DNA of 63,997 bases, filler included, from Candidatus Woesearchaeota archaeon (GTDB lineage Archaea > Nanobdellota > Nanobdellia > Woesearchaeales > CG1-02-33-12): the NCBI GenBank assembly GCA_018399355.1. It is 3 parts of 3 records of this genome, joined end to end, with 100 filler letters (N's around TTAATTAATTAA, not from the genome) between each part and the next. Parts side by side here need not be neighbours in the genome. Positions count along the whole stretch, not along the records: positions 1 to 26,196 come from JAGYOA010000010.1; 2 more parts are not named here. One strand, 5' to 3'. This document shows positions 9,378 through 18,254 of the stretch, in pieces. Positions within the stretch are counted from its first letter, which is position 1, and every line of letters starts with the position of its first letter. Under the pieces are notes generated by a model. The model did no database searches. It saw only the letters and a list, made by a program, of their open reading frames with translations, and had not been told where the DNA came from. The position numbers were made by a program, and so were the translations under genes.

Positions 9378-9671
9378 ATGAAAAACAAAAAAGCAGTTGA
9401 ACTGAGCTTGAATGTGATTGTTATTGCCGCATTAGTGCTTATTGTTCTCATAGTTTCCATAGCCATTTTCACCGGCCTTGTAGGAGACACTGTTTCTGAT
9501 ACCAAAATTACAATGGGAAGCATTACCGGCGACTATGATGGAGATGGGATAAAAGATTTTCTTGACAAATGCCCATGCTATGCTGGAACAGCAGAATACA
9601 ATGGATGCCCTGAAGAGATTAATGAAGAAAACAGGGAGAAATACACTTCAAGGCATTGTTTAGAAGACTAA
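9378..9671 (+). CDS. Small pilin with a thrombospondin type 3-like Ca-binding motif
   Basis: KKA|VELSLN; DYDGDGIKDFLDKCP...NGCP. Confidence 0.75.
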   Translation: MKNKKAVELSLNVIVIAALVLIVLIVSIAIFTGLVGDTVSDTKITMGSITGDYDGDGIKDFLDKCPCYAGTAEYNGCPEEINEENREKYTSRHCLED

Positions 9672-9672
9672 A

Positions 9673-10899
9673 ATGAAAAACAAAAATAAATCAGAAATAT
9701 CCTTGGAATTCTTGATTGGAGTAGTGATATCTGTATTGCTGATTGTGCTAGCTATTAATATTGTAGCAAAGATGGCAGGTGTTGGCGAAGACAGCAAACA
9801 ATCATTTTACAACCTTGTTGAGATTATAAATGAAGTTAAGGATAATCCTTCTGGAACAATAAAATCAACCAGCCTGAGAATGGACAAGGAAACAGTCATT
9901 CTTGGTTTCCCAAAAAATAATGAGCCAATAAAATTTACTGTTTCTGAAGCAAGCGGTTTTGCTCCGGGATTTACAACATTATCATTTGAAAAACCAATCT
10001 CAGAAGAAAAATGCGAAAAAGACAAGGCATGTATCTGCTTGTGCGGTGAGATAGAATTAAAAGAAAAAGGCAGAGTTGTATGCAATAAAAATCATCTTAT
10101 ATGCAAAAATGTTGAGGATGTTGATTTTCCTGAATTGTCTGATAAAGAAGGAATTTCAATATATTTATCAAAAACTAATGGGTTCTTTATATCAAGATCA
10201 AATATTTTTAAAAGCTGGGAAAACTCGCAATTAAGACCTGTTTATGTTGAGAAATATGAGTCAGGAGGAAATAAACTTGTTTCTGTTTGCGAAAATCCAC
10301 AGGATGGCTCATGTCTTGACCCTAATTATAAAAAAGAAATAGATACACTTACCGGACTGACTAAATTGAAAGAATTTATTGAATCCTGTAAGGAATCCGA
10401 GATAAGAGAGGGAGATTACTGCGGATGTGGTTTATTTGCTTTTGATTATGAAATTCCTGAAGGATATGGCGTAAAGTTTTCTGAAGAAGATGAAGTTCTT
10501 TCATTAATATTAAGAAAAGATAAAAAAGACACTGAAACAAAATTAGAAATTCCTGATATAGATTTTTATGATTATTTATTGTATTCGGAAGAGAGCCAAC
10601 CCATACATCATGATAATAAGGTAGAAATTGATAATATATTATTAGAAATTGAAAGTGATTACGCCTTCTGCAAAAAAGGCACAGATAATTTTTGTGATGA
10701 AAGTGAAAGCAAAAATCAAATAACTTTTATCAAAAGCCAAAATAATCAAGTTGGAATTGTAAGCCATCCTGAAAATGAACAAGGAAGAGTTGGCTTAATC
10801 ACAGATGGATTAATTGAAAAAAAGCCAAATTCAATAGAAGTTTGTTATCTTATGTATGGTAAGTGTGGATATAGTTTAATTATTCCAGGATGCTCATAA
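9673..10899 (+). CDS. Cys-rich pilin-like protein
   Basis: NKS|EISLEF plus hydrophobic helix; CICLC and CGCG motifs. Confidence 0.7.
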   Translation: MKNKNKSEISLEFLIGVVISVLLIVLAINIVAKMAGVGEDSKQSFYNLVEIINEVKDNPSGTIKSTSLRMDKETVILGFPKNNEPIKFTVSEASGFAPGFTTLSFEKPISEEKCEKDKACICLCGEIELKEKGRVVCNKNHLICKNVEDVDFPELSDKEGISIYLSKTNGFFISRSNIFKSWENSQLRPVYVEKYESGGNKLVSVCENPQDGSCLDPNYKKEIDTLTGLTKLKEFIESCKESEIREGDYCGCGLFAFDYEIPEGYGVKFSEEDEVLSLILRKDKKDTETKLEIPDIDFYDYLLYSEESQPIHHDNKVEIDNILLEIESDYAFCKKGTDNFCDESESKNQITFIKSQNNQVGIVSHPENEQGRVGLITDGLIEKKPNSIEVCYLMYGKCGYSLIIPGCS

Positions 10900-10911
10900 A
10901 AACGAATTCCA

Positions 10912-10927
10912 CCAAAAGTAATTTAAA
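10912..10927 (+). promoter_or_regulatory. Putative BRE/TATA promoter for the 10950-14182 unit
   Basis: CCAAAAG then TTTAAA about 22 nt upstream of ATG 10950. Confidence 0.5.
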
Positions 10928-10949
10928 CTATTAATTTATATTTGCGATT

Positions 10950-11987
10950 ATGAAAAAAAGAGGTATGGCCGATTCTATGCTGGTAGCTATAGAAATAGTT
11001 GGAGCTGCCCTGGTTTCCTTCCTTTTGATAACAACTGCACTAAGATGGGCAGATTCTGAAACACCCTATAAGGAATACCTTTCAAAGGATATTGGACTCG
11101 TAATAGAATCTCTTATGGCAAGCCCGGGAAATATAAAAATAAACTACTCTAATAATGCCTCTGATTATATTATAGATATACAACAAGACTCTGTTGCTGT
11201 TTATACTGATAACAAAGATGATGGAATGCAGTCAACCTTTATTCCTTCACATAAAATAAAGATGGAAAGCGTTGAATTAAGAAATCCTGAAACTATCCAG
11301 TTTTTAAAAACAAACGATGAAATTATAATAAATGAAGAAATCCAGGAAAACCTGGATTTAGTTTATTGCTGCGAAAAAACAGGCTATAAAAAACAAAAAA
11401 TAAATCTTCTTGTTGATTTAAAAGATGAAGAAAATGAGTTAATATACCCTAAGTTGTGTGTTATTGCAAATTCTTTTATGGTAAACATTGGAAATAAAAA
11501 CTTTATTGGTAACTTAATCTCAACAAGAAAGCTAATGGAAAAAACAGATGATGAAATCTCCCAGATTAACTGCATGGATGAATCATATTCTATTCCTGAA
11601 AAAAAGGCAGATGTAATATTAAGCATAACTACAGGCAATTACAATGACGACTCAAACAATATAAAAGCATTTGTTTTATCTGGCTCTGAAAAGGAAGAGG
11701 AGAGCAAAAGATTAGCATGCCTTATAATAAATTCAATATCAAAGAGCATGATAACTGAAGATTTAGAGATTACGGGCGCTTCTGTGGTTCCTGTTAATCT
11801 GACTACAACTAATTATGATTTTCCCCTTGATTTAATCTCAAGCTACACTGAGAACCAACAAAATTTTGAAAGTGTTTTTGTAATGATTGAACTTGGGAAC
11901 ATAAACAGCGATCAGGGAAAAGATCTTATTGAAAAAATGACTCAAATAGGAGAATTAATTGCAGAGGGTTTTTCTGACTATGAATAA
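10950..11987 (+). CDS. Pilin-like protein with degenerate N-acetylmuramoyl-L-alanine amidase (Amidase_3)-like C-terminal fold
   Basis: KKRG|MADS plus TM; ordered motifs INLLVD, ADVILSI, ESKRLACLI, VMIELGNINS, IGELIAEG; Zn-ligand His residues absent. Confidence 0.6.
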   Translation: MKKRGMADSMLVAIEIVGAALVSFLLITTALRWADSETPYKEYLSKDIGLVIESLMASPGNIKINYSNNASDYIIDIQQDSVAVYTDNKDDGMQSTFIPSHKIKMESVELRNPETIQFLKTNDEIIINEEIQENLDLVYCCEKTGYKKQKINLLVDLKDEENELIYPKLCVIANSFMVNIGNKNFIGNLISTRKLMEKTDDEISQINCMDESYSIPEKKADVILSITTGNYNDDSNNIKAFVLSGSEKEEESKRLACLIINSISKSMITEDLEITGASVVPVNLTTTNYDFPLDLISSYTENQQNFESVFVMIELGNINSDQGKDLIEKMTQIGELIAEGFSDYE

Positions 11988-12465
11988 TAAAATATTTTTC
12001 TCAAAAAAAGGAAGTGGATATGAAATAGGAAAAAAGCCAACATATTATGTGGTAATATTTTTCTTTTTAACAATAAGCTTTATGCTCTTTGGATTCTTAA
12101 TAATAAGTGAGGTTTCATCATCAAGCAGCATACCTGATAATGCCAGAACAACAGTATTAATCAATAGGTTCCTTAATTCAGAAGACTGCTTTGCATACAA
12201 AGACAGCGAAACAGGAAGGGTTTACCCTGGAATAATAGACATTGAAAAATTTAATGAAAATAATCTTGAAAAATGCTATTATGCAGAGAAAAAATATGAT
12301 TCAAAATCCTTTAGGCTTACCCTTAATGGAGAAGATATAGAGAAAAAAACAATCCTGACAACAAACTGGGGGTCATCAAGATTTGGTCAGGCATCACAAT
12401 ATGTTTTATTATACAATAATGGAGAAATATCAAAAGCAAACCTTTTGATTGCTGTACAAAAATGA
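11980..12465 (+). CDS. Pilin-like protein
   Basis: Start re-called at ATG 11980; SKKG|SGYE then hydrophobic helix. Confidence 0.65.
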   Translation: MNNKIFFSKKGSGYEIGKKPTYYVVIFFFLTISFMLFGFLIISEVSSSSSIPDNARTTVLINRFLNSEDCFAYKDSETGRVYPGIIDIEKFNENNLEKCYYAEKKYDSKSFRLTLNGEDIEKKTILTTNWGSSRFGQASQYVLLYNNGEISKANLLIAVQK

Positions 12466-13067
12466 AATTATCAAACTATTTAAGGAAACTTGAAAAAAAC
12501 AAAAAAGCACTTGATCCTGACTTTACAGATGCAATAATAGCAATAATTTTTACTGCTCTAATTTTTATTTTTGCATTCATCTTTATATCTGGCAATAAAA
12601 GCGGGCTTCAGAGAGTTGCAGAGATCGAGAGCGAGAATCTTGAGAAAAATTATATCCTGATTAATTATCTCAGGACTCCAATTGAGGACAGCAGTCTTAA
12701 TATAGGAGAGTTTCTTGGTAAAAAAACAAAAACAGAGCTTTTAAGAGCAAAACATGGGATGGCAGGAATAGGTGCGTTTTGCGGATACGAAACTCTTGAT
12801 AATACTATTTCACAAAAAAGTGAAGACGGAATCTTGATTAAAGAGACAGAAAACATACTTGAAAATGTAAAAGACTGGAGATTGAATATGTATATTGATG
12901 GTAATGAATTTTGCTTTATAAGACAAGGAAAAGGAGCCATCTCTTCCAAACAAGACATAACTGGAGAGACAGTCATGATACTAATACCTTCAATCAGCAA
13001 AGATCTTGAAATAAAAATTTACTTTAAGCTAAATATATTTGGATTTTCATCACTAAGTTCACTATGA
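12462..13067 (+). CDS. Pilin-like protein
   Basis: NKKA|LDPD then hydrophobic helix; ATGA overlaps on both sides. Confidence 0.65.
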   Translation: MKLSNYLRKLEKNKKALDPDFTDAIIAIIFTALIFIFAFIFISGNKSGLQRVAEIESENLEKNYILINYLRTPIEDSSLNIGEFLGKKTKTELLRAKHGMAGIGAFCGYETLDNTISQKSEDGILIKETENILENVKDWRLNMYIDGNEFCFIRQGKGAISSKQDITGETVMILIPSISKDLEIKIYFKLNIFGFSSLSSL

Positions 13068-14182
13068 TCAAAATGGTAAAAAACAAGAAAGCAAAAATAT
13101 TCCTCACTTTTGTTTCAATATTTATACTTGTAGCTTTGCTTTTTTTTTATGGCAATTATGGGACAGGAACAGTGTTTAAAACAGGGAAGGGAGAATTGCA
13201 GCTGGAAACATTAAAAATATACCAGCAGGCCGAGAAAGCAATGCTTTACATTGACTTGGCTGCAAAATATTCTGCAGAAAAAACCATAAATGATTTAGAT
13301 AAAGAACTTCCAAAAGACACAACAAAAAAAGAGATTTATGCTTTATTTTCTGATAAATTTAATAATTACATGGATGAATACATAGAAAAATATAAAGATG
13401 AAGAACTTGAGAAAGATGGCGAGATAATAATACCAAAGAACAATTATGACTTATTGTTCAAAGAAAGCCGCTTGATTGGAATAGCAACACAAAACATAAA
13501 GATAAACAAGGAAAACATAAACTATTCTGTAAAACCATCTTTTAAAATAGAATTTAAATATGATCTATTTGAAAATTATGAACAACTTACTGAAAGAGCA
13601 GATACTGATGAAGAAATTAATTCTCAGGAACATCAAACAACAAAAGTAGAAGATTGGAATAGCTTGCCAGATGATCAGCTTGAATCTAAAATAAGAGCAG
13701 CTGCATCACAATATAACATTCCTCAACACATCGCATTAGGTATCGCAATGCAAGAAAGCAGTATGAATCATTATTATCCTGATGGCAGTGTAAAAATGTC
13801 AAATGCTAACTGTATAGGCCTTATGCAAGTTCAGCTTGATAGTCGCGACGGAACTTATAATAGTGTGTGTAGTATGAGTAAAGAGGAGTTAAAAGATATA
13901 AACAAAAATATTGATTGTGGAATGAAAATACTCAAAGGTAAGTACAATATGGTTTGTGATTCGAATAACAATCCTTTAATAAGGCGATATATAGACATGT
14001 CAGAATATGAATTAAAGATAAGGGAATGGTGCAAAATTGATGAACATTTAAAGAATTATCTTGAGTATGATGGAGATTGCGATAAGATGGCAATAAGGGC
14101 TTATAATGGATTAGGGTGTGCTGAAAATGCAGATGTTATTTATGTAGAAAGAGTATTAACCCATGCTGCAAAATACAAATAA
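13064..14182 (+). CDS. Pilin-like membrane-anchored protein with C-terminal lytic transglycosylase (SLT) domain
   Basis: NKKA|KIF plus TM; SLT motifs IAMQESS (catalytic Glu), GLMQV, NIDCGMKIL, AIRAYNG, YVERVL. Confidence 0.88.
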   Translation: MIKMVKNKKAKIFLTFVSIFILVALLFFYGNYGTGTVFKTGKGELQLETLKIYQQAEKAMLYIDLAAKYSAEKTINDLDKELPKDTTKKEIYALFSDKFNNYMDEYIEKYKDEELEKDGEIIIPKNNYDLLFKESRLIGIATQNIKINKENINYSVKPSFKIEFKYDLFENYEQLTERADTDEEINSQEHQTTKVEDWNSLPDDQLESKIRAAASQYNIPQHIALGIAMQESSMNHYYPDGSVKMSNANCIGLMQVQLDSRDGTYNSVCSMSKEELKDINKNIDCGMKILKGKYNMVCDSNNNPLIRRYIDMSEYELKIREWCKIDEHLKNYLEYDGDCDKMAIRAYNGLGCAENADVIYVERVLTHAAKYK

Positions 14183-14322
14183 ATTCAAAACAAAAAAAAT
14201 AAACAAATCCATTTAATTGCTGCTTTGCTTTTTGTAATCTTTCTAAAAAATTTAGTTAATTAAAACTTAAAATAATATTTCCAAAACCTAAAAATATATA
14301 TAAAAGCTATGGATTCCTTTTA

Positions 14323-15351
14323 ATGAACATGATAAAGATGCCCTATGATGAAATTCTTGAAAAGATAAAGCAGAAATCAGACCTCAGCGAGCAGGAAATA
14401 AAAGACAAAATTGATGCAAAGCTTAAGCAGCTTTCCGGATTAATAAGCAAAGAAGGAGCTGCCCATATACTTGCAAACGAACTTGGCATAAAGCTTTTTG
14501 ATTCCTTAGGAGGAAAGCTCCAGATAAAAAATATATTGTCAGGAATGAGAAGCGTTGAGGTTGTTGGAAGAGTTACAAGGGTTTTTGAATTAAGGGAATT
14601 TAACTCTAACGGAAGACAGGGCAAGGTTGCTTCTATGATAATAGGGGATGAGACAGGAACAATAAGAGTTGCCATGTGGGGAGAGCAGGCAGACAAAATA
14701 AATGAAATAAAAGAAGGAGATATTGTCAAGATAATAAGCGGATATGTGAGGGAGAACAGAAACAAAGAAAAAGAAATACACATGAACAACATGGGCAGAA
14801 TAGTTGTGAATCCAGAAGGTGTGACAGTAAAAGAGGTTAAGCGAACAACAACCAGCAACAGAAAAAAAATAAAAGACCTAACAGAAGATGATTCAAATGC
14901 TGAAATCCTAGGAACAATAGTTCAGGTTTTTGACCCAAGATTTTTTGAGGTATGCCCTCAATGCGGAAAAAGAGCTAGGAATGATGGAGAAGGATTTTTA
15001 TGCGAAACTCATGGTAATGTAAAGCCTTCATATTCATTTGTTCTTAATATATTCCTTGACGACGGAACAGACAATATAAGAGCAGTATTCTTCAGAGACC
15101 AGGCTCTAAAGTTATTAAACAAAACCCAGGAGCAGATGGTTGAGTACAAGGATAACCCAGAAAAATTTGAGGATATAAAAACAGAGCTTTTAGGCAATAT
15201 AATAAAGATTATCGGAAGAACAACAAAAAATGAGATGTTTAACAGGCTTGAGATTGTCAGCCAGATGGTTTTTATCAATCCTAATCCAGAAGAAGAAATA
15301 AAAAAGCTGAACAAAGAGATGGAAAGCGTTAAAGAAGAAAACGTAGAATAA
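14323..15351 (+). CDS. rpa: Replication protein A (OB folds plus Zn finger)
   Basis: GDETGTIRVAMW and LDDGTDNIRAVFF OB motifs; CPQC...CETH Zn finger. Confidence 0.85.
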   Translation: MNMIKMPYDEILEKIKQKSDLSEQEIKDKIDAKLKQLSGLISKEGAAHILANELGIKLFDSLGGKLQIKNILSGMRSVEVVGRVTRVFELREFNSNGRQGKVASMIIGDETGTIRVAMWGEQADKINEIKEGDIVKIISGYVRENRNKEKEIHMNNMGRIVVNPEGVTVKEVKRTTTSNRKKIKDLTEDDSNAEILGTIVQVFDPRFFEVCPQCGKRARNDGEGFLCETHGNVKPSYSFVLNIFLDDGTDNIRAVFFRDQALKLLNKTQEQMVEYKDNPEKFEDIKTELLGNIIKIIGRTTKNEMFNRLEIVSQMVFINPNPEEEIKKLNKEMESVKEENVE

Positions 15352-15358
15352 ATAAAAA

Positions 15359-15811
15359 ATGATGTTCTCAACACATCTTGCATGTGGTTTAATGTCCGCC
15401 GTATTCTTTTCACAATATCTTGATATTAAAAGCAAAGCAGTTTTCTTTGCAGTTGTTCTTATTTCATCAATTTTGCCAGATGTTGATATGTACAATTCAA
15501 AAATAGGAAAAAAAATAAAGCCATTATCATTTTTTTTGAATATTTTTTTCGGTCACCGCAAGATATTCCATTCACTGCTTTTTGCTTTTATTGTTTGTTT
15601 TTTAATATCTTTTTTTAATATGGAAATAGGCTTAGCCTTTTTTATAGGATATGCATCACATCTTCTTATAGACTCATTAACCCCTGGAGGAACAATGCCT
15701 CTTTATCCTTTATCAAAAAGAAAAATAAAGGGATTTATAGACACATATTCTTTTTCTGATTACGCACTTTTTGTTTTGTTTATGATTTTATTTATTTATC
15801 TGCTGCTATAA
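15359..15811 (+). CDS. Membrane-bound metal-dependent hydrolase (YdjM family)
   Basis: TH, LPDVD, GHRKIFHSL, SHLLID motifs. Confidence 0.85.
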   Translation: MMFSTHLACGLMSAVFFSQYLDIKSKAVFFAVVLISSILPDVDMYNSKIGKKIKPLSFFLNIFFGHRKIFHSLLFAFIVCFLISFFNMEIGLAFFIGYASHLLIDSLTPGGTMPLYPLSKRKIKGFIDTYSFSDYALFVLFMILFIYLLL

Positions 15812-15956
15812 CCATTGGACACTGGACATCAGCGCATAATATATTTAAAGAAAACTATTCTTAATTGTTATATTGCTTCAACTTCCTGTTGGGCTTTTTA
15901 TTTAAGGCTAGGGAAGTTTTTGAAATAAGATGCGAAGAGCAATGGAGGCGATAAAA

Positions 15957-16241
15957 ATGAACCAGGAAAATATACCTGAAAAGAAGTTTAGTACCGGCGT
16001 TATAAGCGCCACAATCTGGAAAAACAAGGGAATAGGCAGAAACGGAAACCCTGTTGATTTCAGAACAGTGTCTTTGCAGAGAAGATACAAAGACAGTAAT
16101 GACGAATGGAAATCAACGAATTCTTTAAGGACCAATGACCTTCCAAAGGCATCATTAGTGCTTGACAAGGCATACGAATACCTTGTTCTCAGGGAGGAAG
16201 GACACGACAGCGAGAATATTGAAATTGAGAAGGTTGAATAA
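15957..16241 (+). CDS. Small conserved protein, possible single-stranded nucleic acid-binding fold
   Basis: SD GGAGG before ATG 15957; ISATIWKN...VSLQRRYKD..EWKSTNSLR; lies between RPA and RadA. Confidence 0.55.
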   Translation: MNQENIPEKKFSTGVISATIWKNKGIGRNGNPVDFRTVSLQRRYKDSNDEWKSTNSLRTNDLPKASLVLDKAYEYLVLREEGHDSENIEIEKVE

Positions 16242-16320
16242 ACCTTCTCGAAATAATTTCAGAAAAAATTCAACAAACTATTTAAAGAATAAGATTCATT
16301 TTAACTAAGGGGTTGATAAT

Positions 16321-17349
16321 ATGAAACTAGAAGAACAAAAAAAATCAGAAGAAGAAAATCTTAATGAAGAACAAGAGAAAAAAATTATTGTTAAAAAAAC
16401 AAAAAAAGAGGAAAAGAAAGAACTTACTGTGCAGGACCTTCCGGGTGTGGGAGCTGCAACAGCTGAAAAGCTTGTTGATTCAGGCTATGGCAATATAATG
16501 TCTATTGCGGTTGCATCTCCTGGAGAGCTTGTTGATACAGCAGGAGTTTCAGAAGCTGCTGCAAGGAAGATGATAAACTTTGCAAGAAACCAGCTTGATA
16601 TGGGATTTGAGTCAGGAGAAGAGCTTCTTAAAAGAAGAAAAAGAGTGGATAAAATAAAGACCAGTTCAGAAGCCCTTGACAACCTTCTTGGTGGAGGATT
16701 TGAGACTTCTTCAATAACAGAATGCTTTGGTGAATATGGCTCTGGAAAAACACAGATTGGACATATTCTTGCTGTTAACTGCCAGAAACAGGATCCAGAT
16801 GCAGTTGCTGTTTACATTGATACTGAAAATACATTCAGGCCTGAAAGAATTGCCCAGCTAGCAAAGGGTGCAGGATTAGAGCCTGAAAAGGTTTTAAAGA
16901 ACATAAAGGTTGCTCGTGCTTATAACTCAGACCATCAAATGCTTTTGGCAGAAAAAGTTGAGGATTTGATAACCAAACAAAACCTTAAAGTTAGAGTTGT
17001 TATTGTTGATTCTCTTACTGCTCACTTCAGGGCAGAGTTTATTGGCCGCGGTACTTTAGCAGAAAGGCAACAAAAGCTAAATAAGCATATGCACATACTT
17101 CTTAAATTGGCAGACATGCACAATGTATGTGTTTATGTAACCAACCAGGTCATGGCCAAGCCGGATGTTTTCTTCGGAGATCCTACACAGGCAATTGGAG
17201 GCCATATTGTGGCCCACGCAAGCACCTTCAGAATTTATTTGAGAAAAGGAAAGAAAGGAAGCAGAGTTGCAAAGCTTGTTGACTCTCCAAACATGCCAGA
17301 AGGAGAAGCAGGGTTCTTTGTTACTGAGGGCGGCCTTAAGGAAATTTAA
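16321..17349 (+). CDS. radA: Recombinase RadA
   Basis: HhH LPGVG; Walker A GEYGSGKT; IDTENTFRPER; RGTLAERQQKL. Confidence 0.97.
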   Translation: MKLEEQKKSEEENLNEEQEKKIIVKKTKKEEKKELTVQDLPGVGAATAEKLVDSGYGNIMSIAVASPGELVDTAGVSEAAARKMINFARNQLDMGFESGEELLKRRKRVDKIKTSSEALDNLLGGGFETSSITECFGEYGSGKTQIGHILAVNCQKQDPDAVAVYIDTENTFRPERIAQLAKGAGLEPEKVLKNIKVARAYNSDHQMLLAEKVEDLITKQNLKVRVVIVDSLTAHFRAEFIGRGTLAERQQKLNKHMHILLKLADMHNVCVYVTNQVMAKPDVFFGDPTQAIGGHIVAHASTFRIYLRKGKKGSRVAKLVDSPNMPEGEAGFFVTEGGLKEI

Positions 17350-17402
17350 TTTTTTTATTTTTTTTAAAAACATTTAAATAAAACACAAGCTAAGAATTCA
17401 AG

Positions 17403-17573
17403 ATGGACCAGAAAAAGAAAAATTTAACAACCCTCTTGGGAGTTATATTTACTGTGATAGGTGTTATCTGGGCTGTTCCATCATTTCTGACTGAAAAATA
17501 TCTTTTTGGCGCAATTGCTTCTGTTTTGGTTATAGTTGGCCTGGTTTTGTTGGCCATTGCATTCAGTGAGTAA
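17403..17573 (+). CDS. 56-aa two-TM membrane protein, absent from the ORF track
   Basis: MDQKKKNLTTLLGVIFTVIGVIWAVP...; TTTAAATA box upstream. Confidence 0.6.
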   Translation: MDQKKKNLTTLLGVIFTVIGVIWAVPSFLTEKYLFGAIASVLVIVGLVLLAIAFSE

Positions 17574-17585
17574 AGAGGTTGAAAA

Positions 17586-17768
17586 ATGGATGAAGAGATA
17601 AAACAATTGATTGAAAAACTTGAACAGAGAATTGAGGCTTTAGAAGGCCTGGTAGAAGAACTGCAGGGCGAAGTGGAAGAAATAAAGCAGGATGTTTATG
17701 AGGATGATGGAGGGCCAGAGGAAGAAAATTCTGATGATGAAGATAAACCAAATGAATTCAAGAATTAA
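17586..17768 (+). CDS. Small acidic coiled-coil protein
   Basis: SD GAGGT; heptad pattern; acidic tail. Confidence 0.55.
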   Translation: MDEEIKQLIEKLEQRIEALEGLVEELQGEVEEIKQDVYEDDGGPEEENSDDEDKPNEFKN

Positions 17769-17770
17769 AC

Positions 17771-18175
17771 TTATTTAGTTCCTAGATCTTCAAAAAATCT
17801 TAAAAGATAACCATCTGGGTCTTTGATTAAGAATTCCTTGTTCCCAACTAATTCATTATCTTTTTTATACCAATTTTCTTTAGTCTTTACAAAAATAGAA
17901 TAATTTTTTTCTTTTAATGATTTTAAAATTGGCTCAATACTTCTGACTTCTATTTGAAAGTTTATCCCTCTTCCAAAAGGATACTTTAATTCTCCAGTTT
18001 TCCAATGCCCGTTTGATTGCTCAATCATAATTTGGCTTCCCTGAAAAGAAAGAAATGCAAACCTTGGTTCTTCCCTTTGATACTCTATTTTAAATCCAAT
18101 TGTTTTTGTATAAAATTCCAAGCTTTTTTCAAAGTTTGAAACACTTAATTCAGGGATTAGTTTATTGAATTTCAT
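17771..18175 (-). CDS. VOC / bleomycin-resistance family protein
   Basis: PELSVS..KSLEFY, PFGRGINFQI, KDPDGYLLRF. Confidence 0.9.
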   Translation of the reverse strand: MKFNKLIPELSVSNFEKSLEFYTKTIGFKIEYQREEPRFAFLSFQGSQIMIEQSNGHWKTGELKYPFGRGINFQIEVRSIEPILKSLKEKNYSIFVKTKENWYKKDNELVGNKEFLIKDPDGYLLRFFEDLGTK

Positions 18176-18254
18176 ATTATGATTGTATTATGGTTTGTCA
18201 AAGTTTATATAATTATTGTTGATTTCAGTTACATTTAAATAATTCTTTTGGTAT

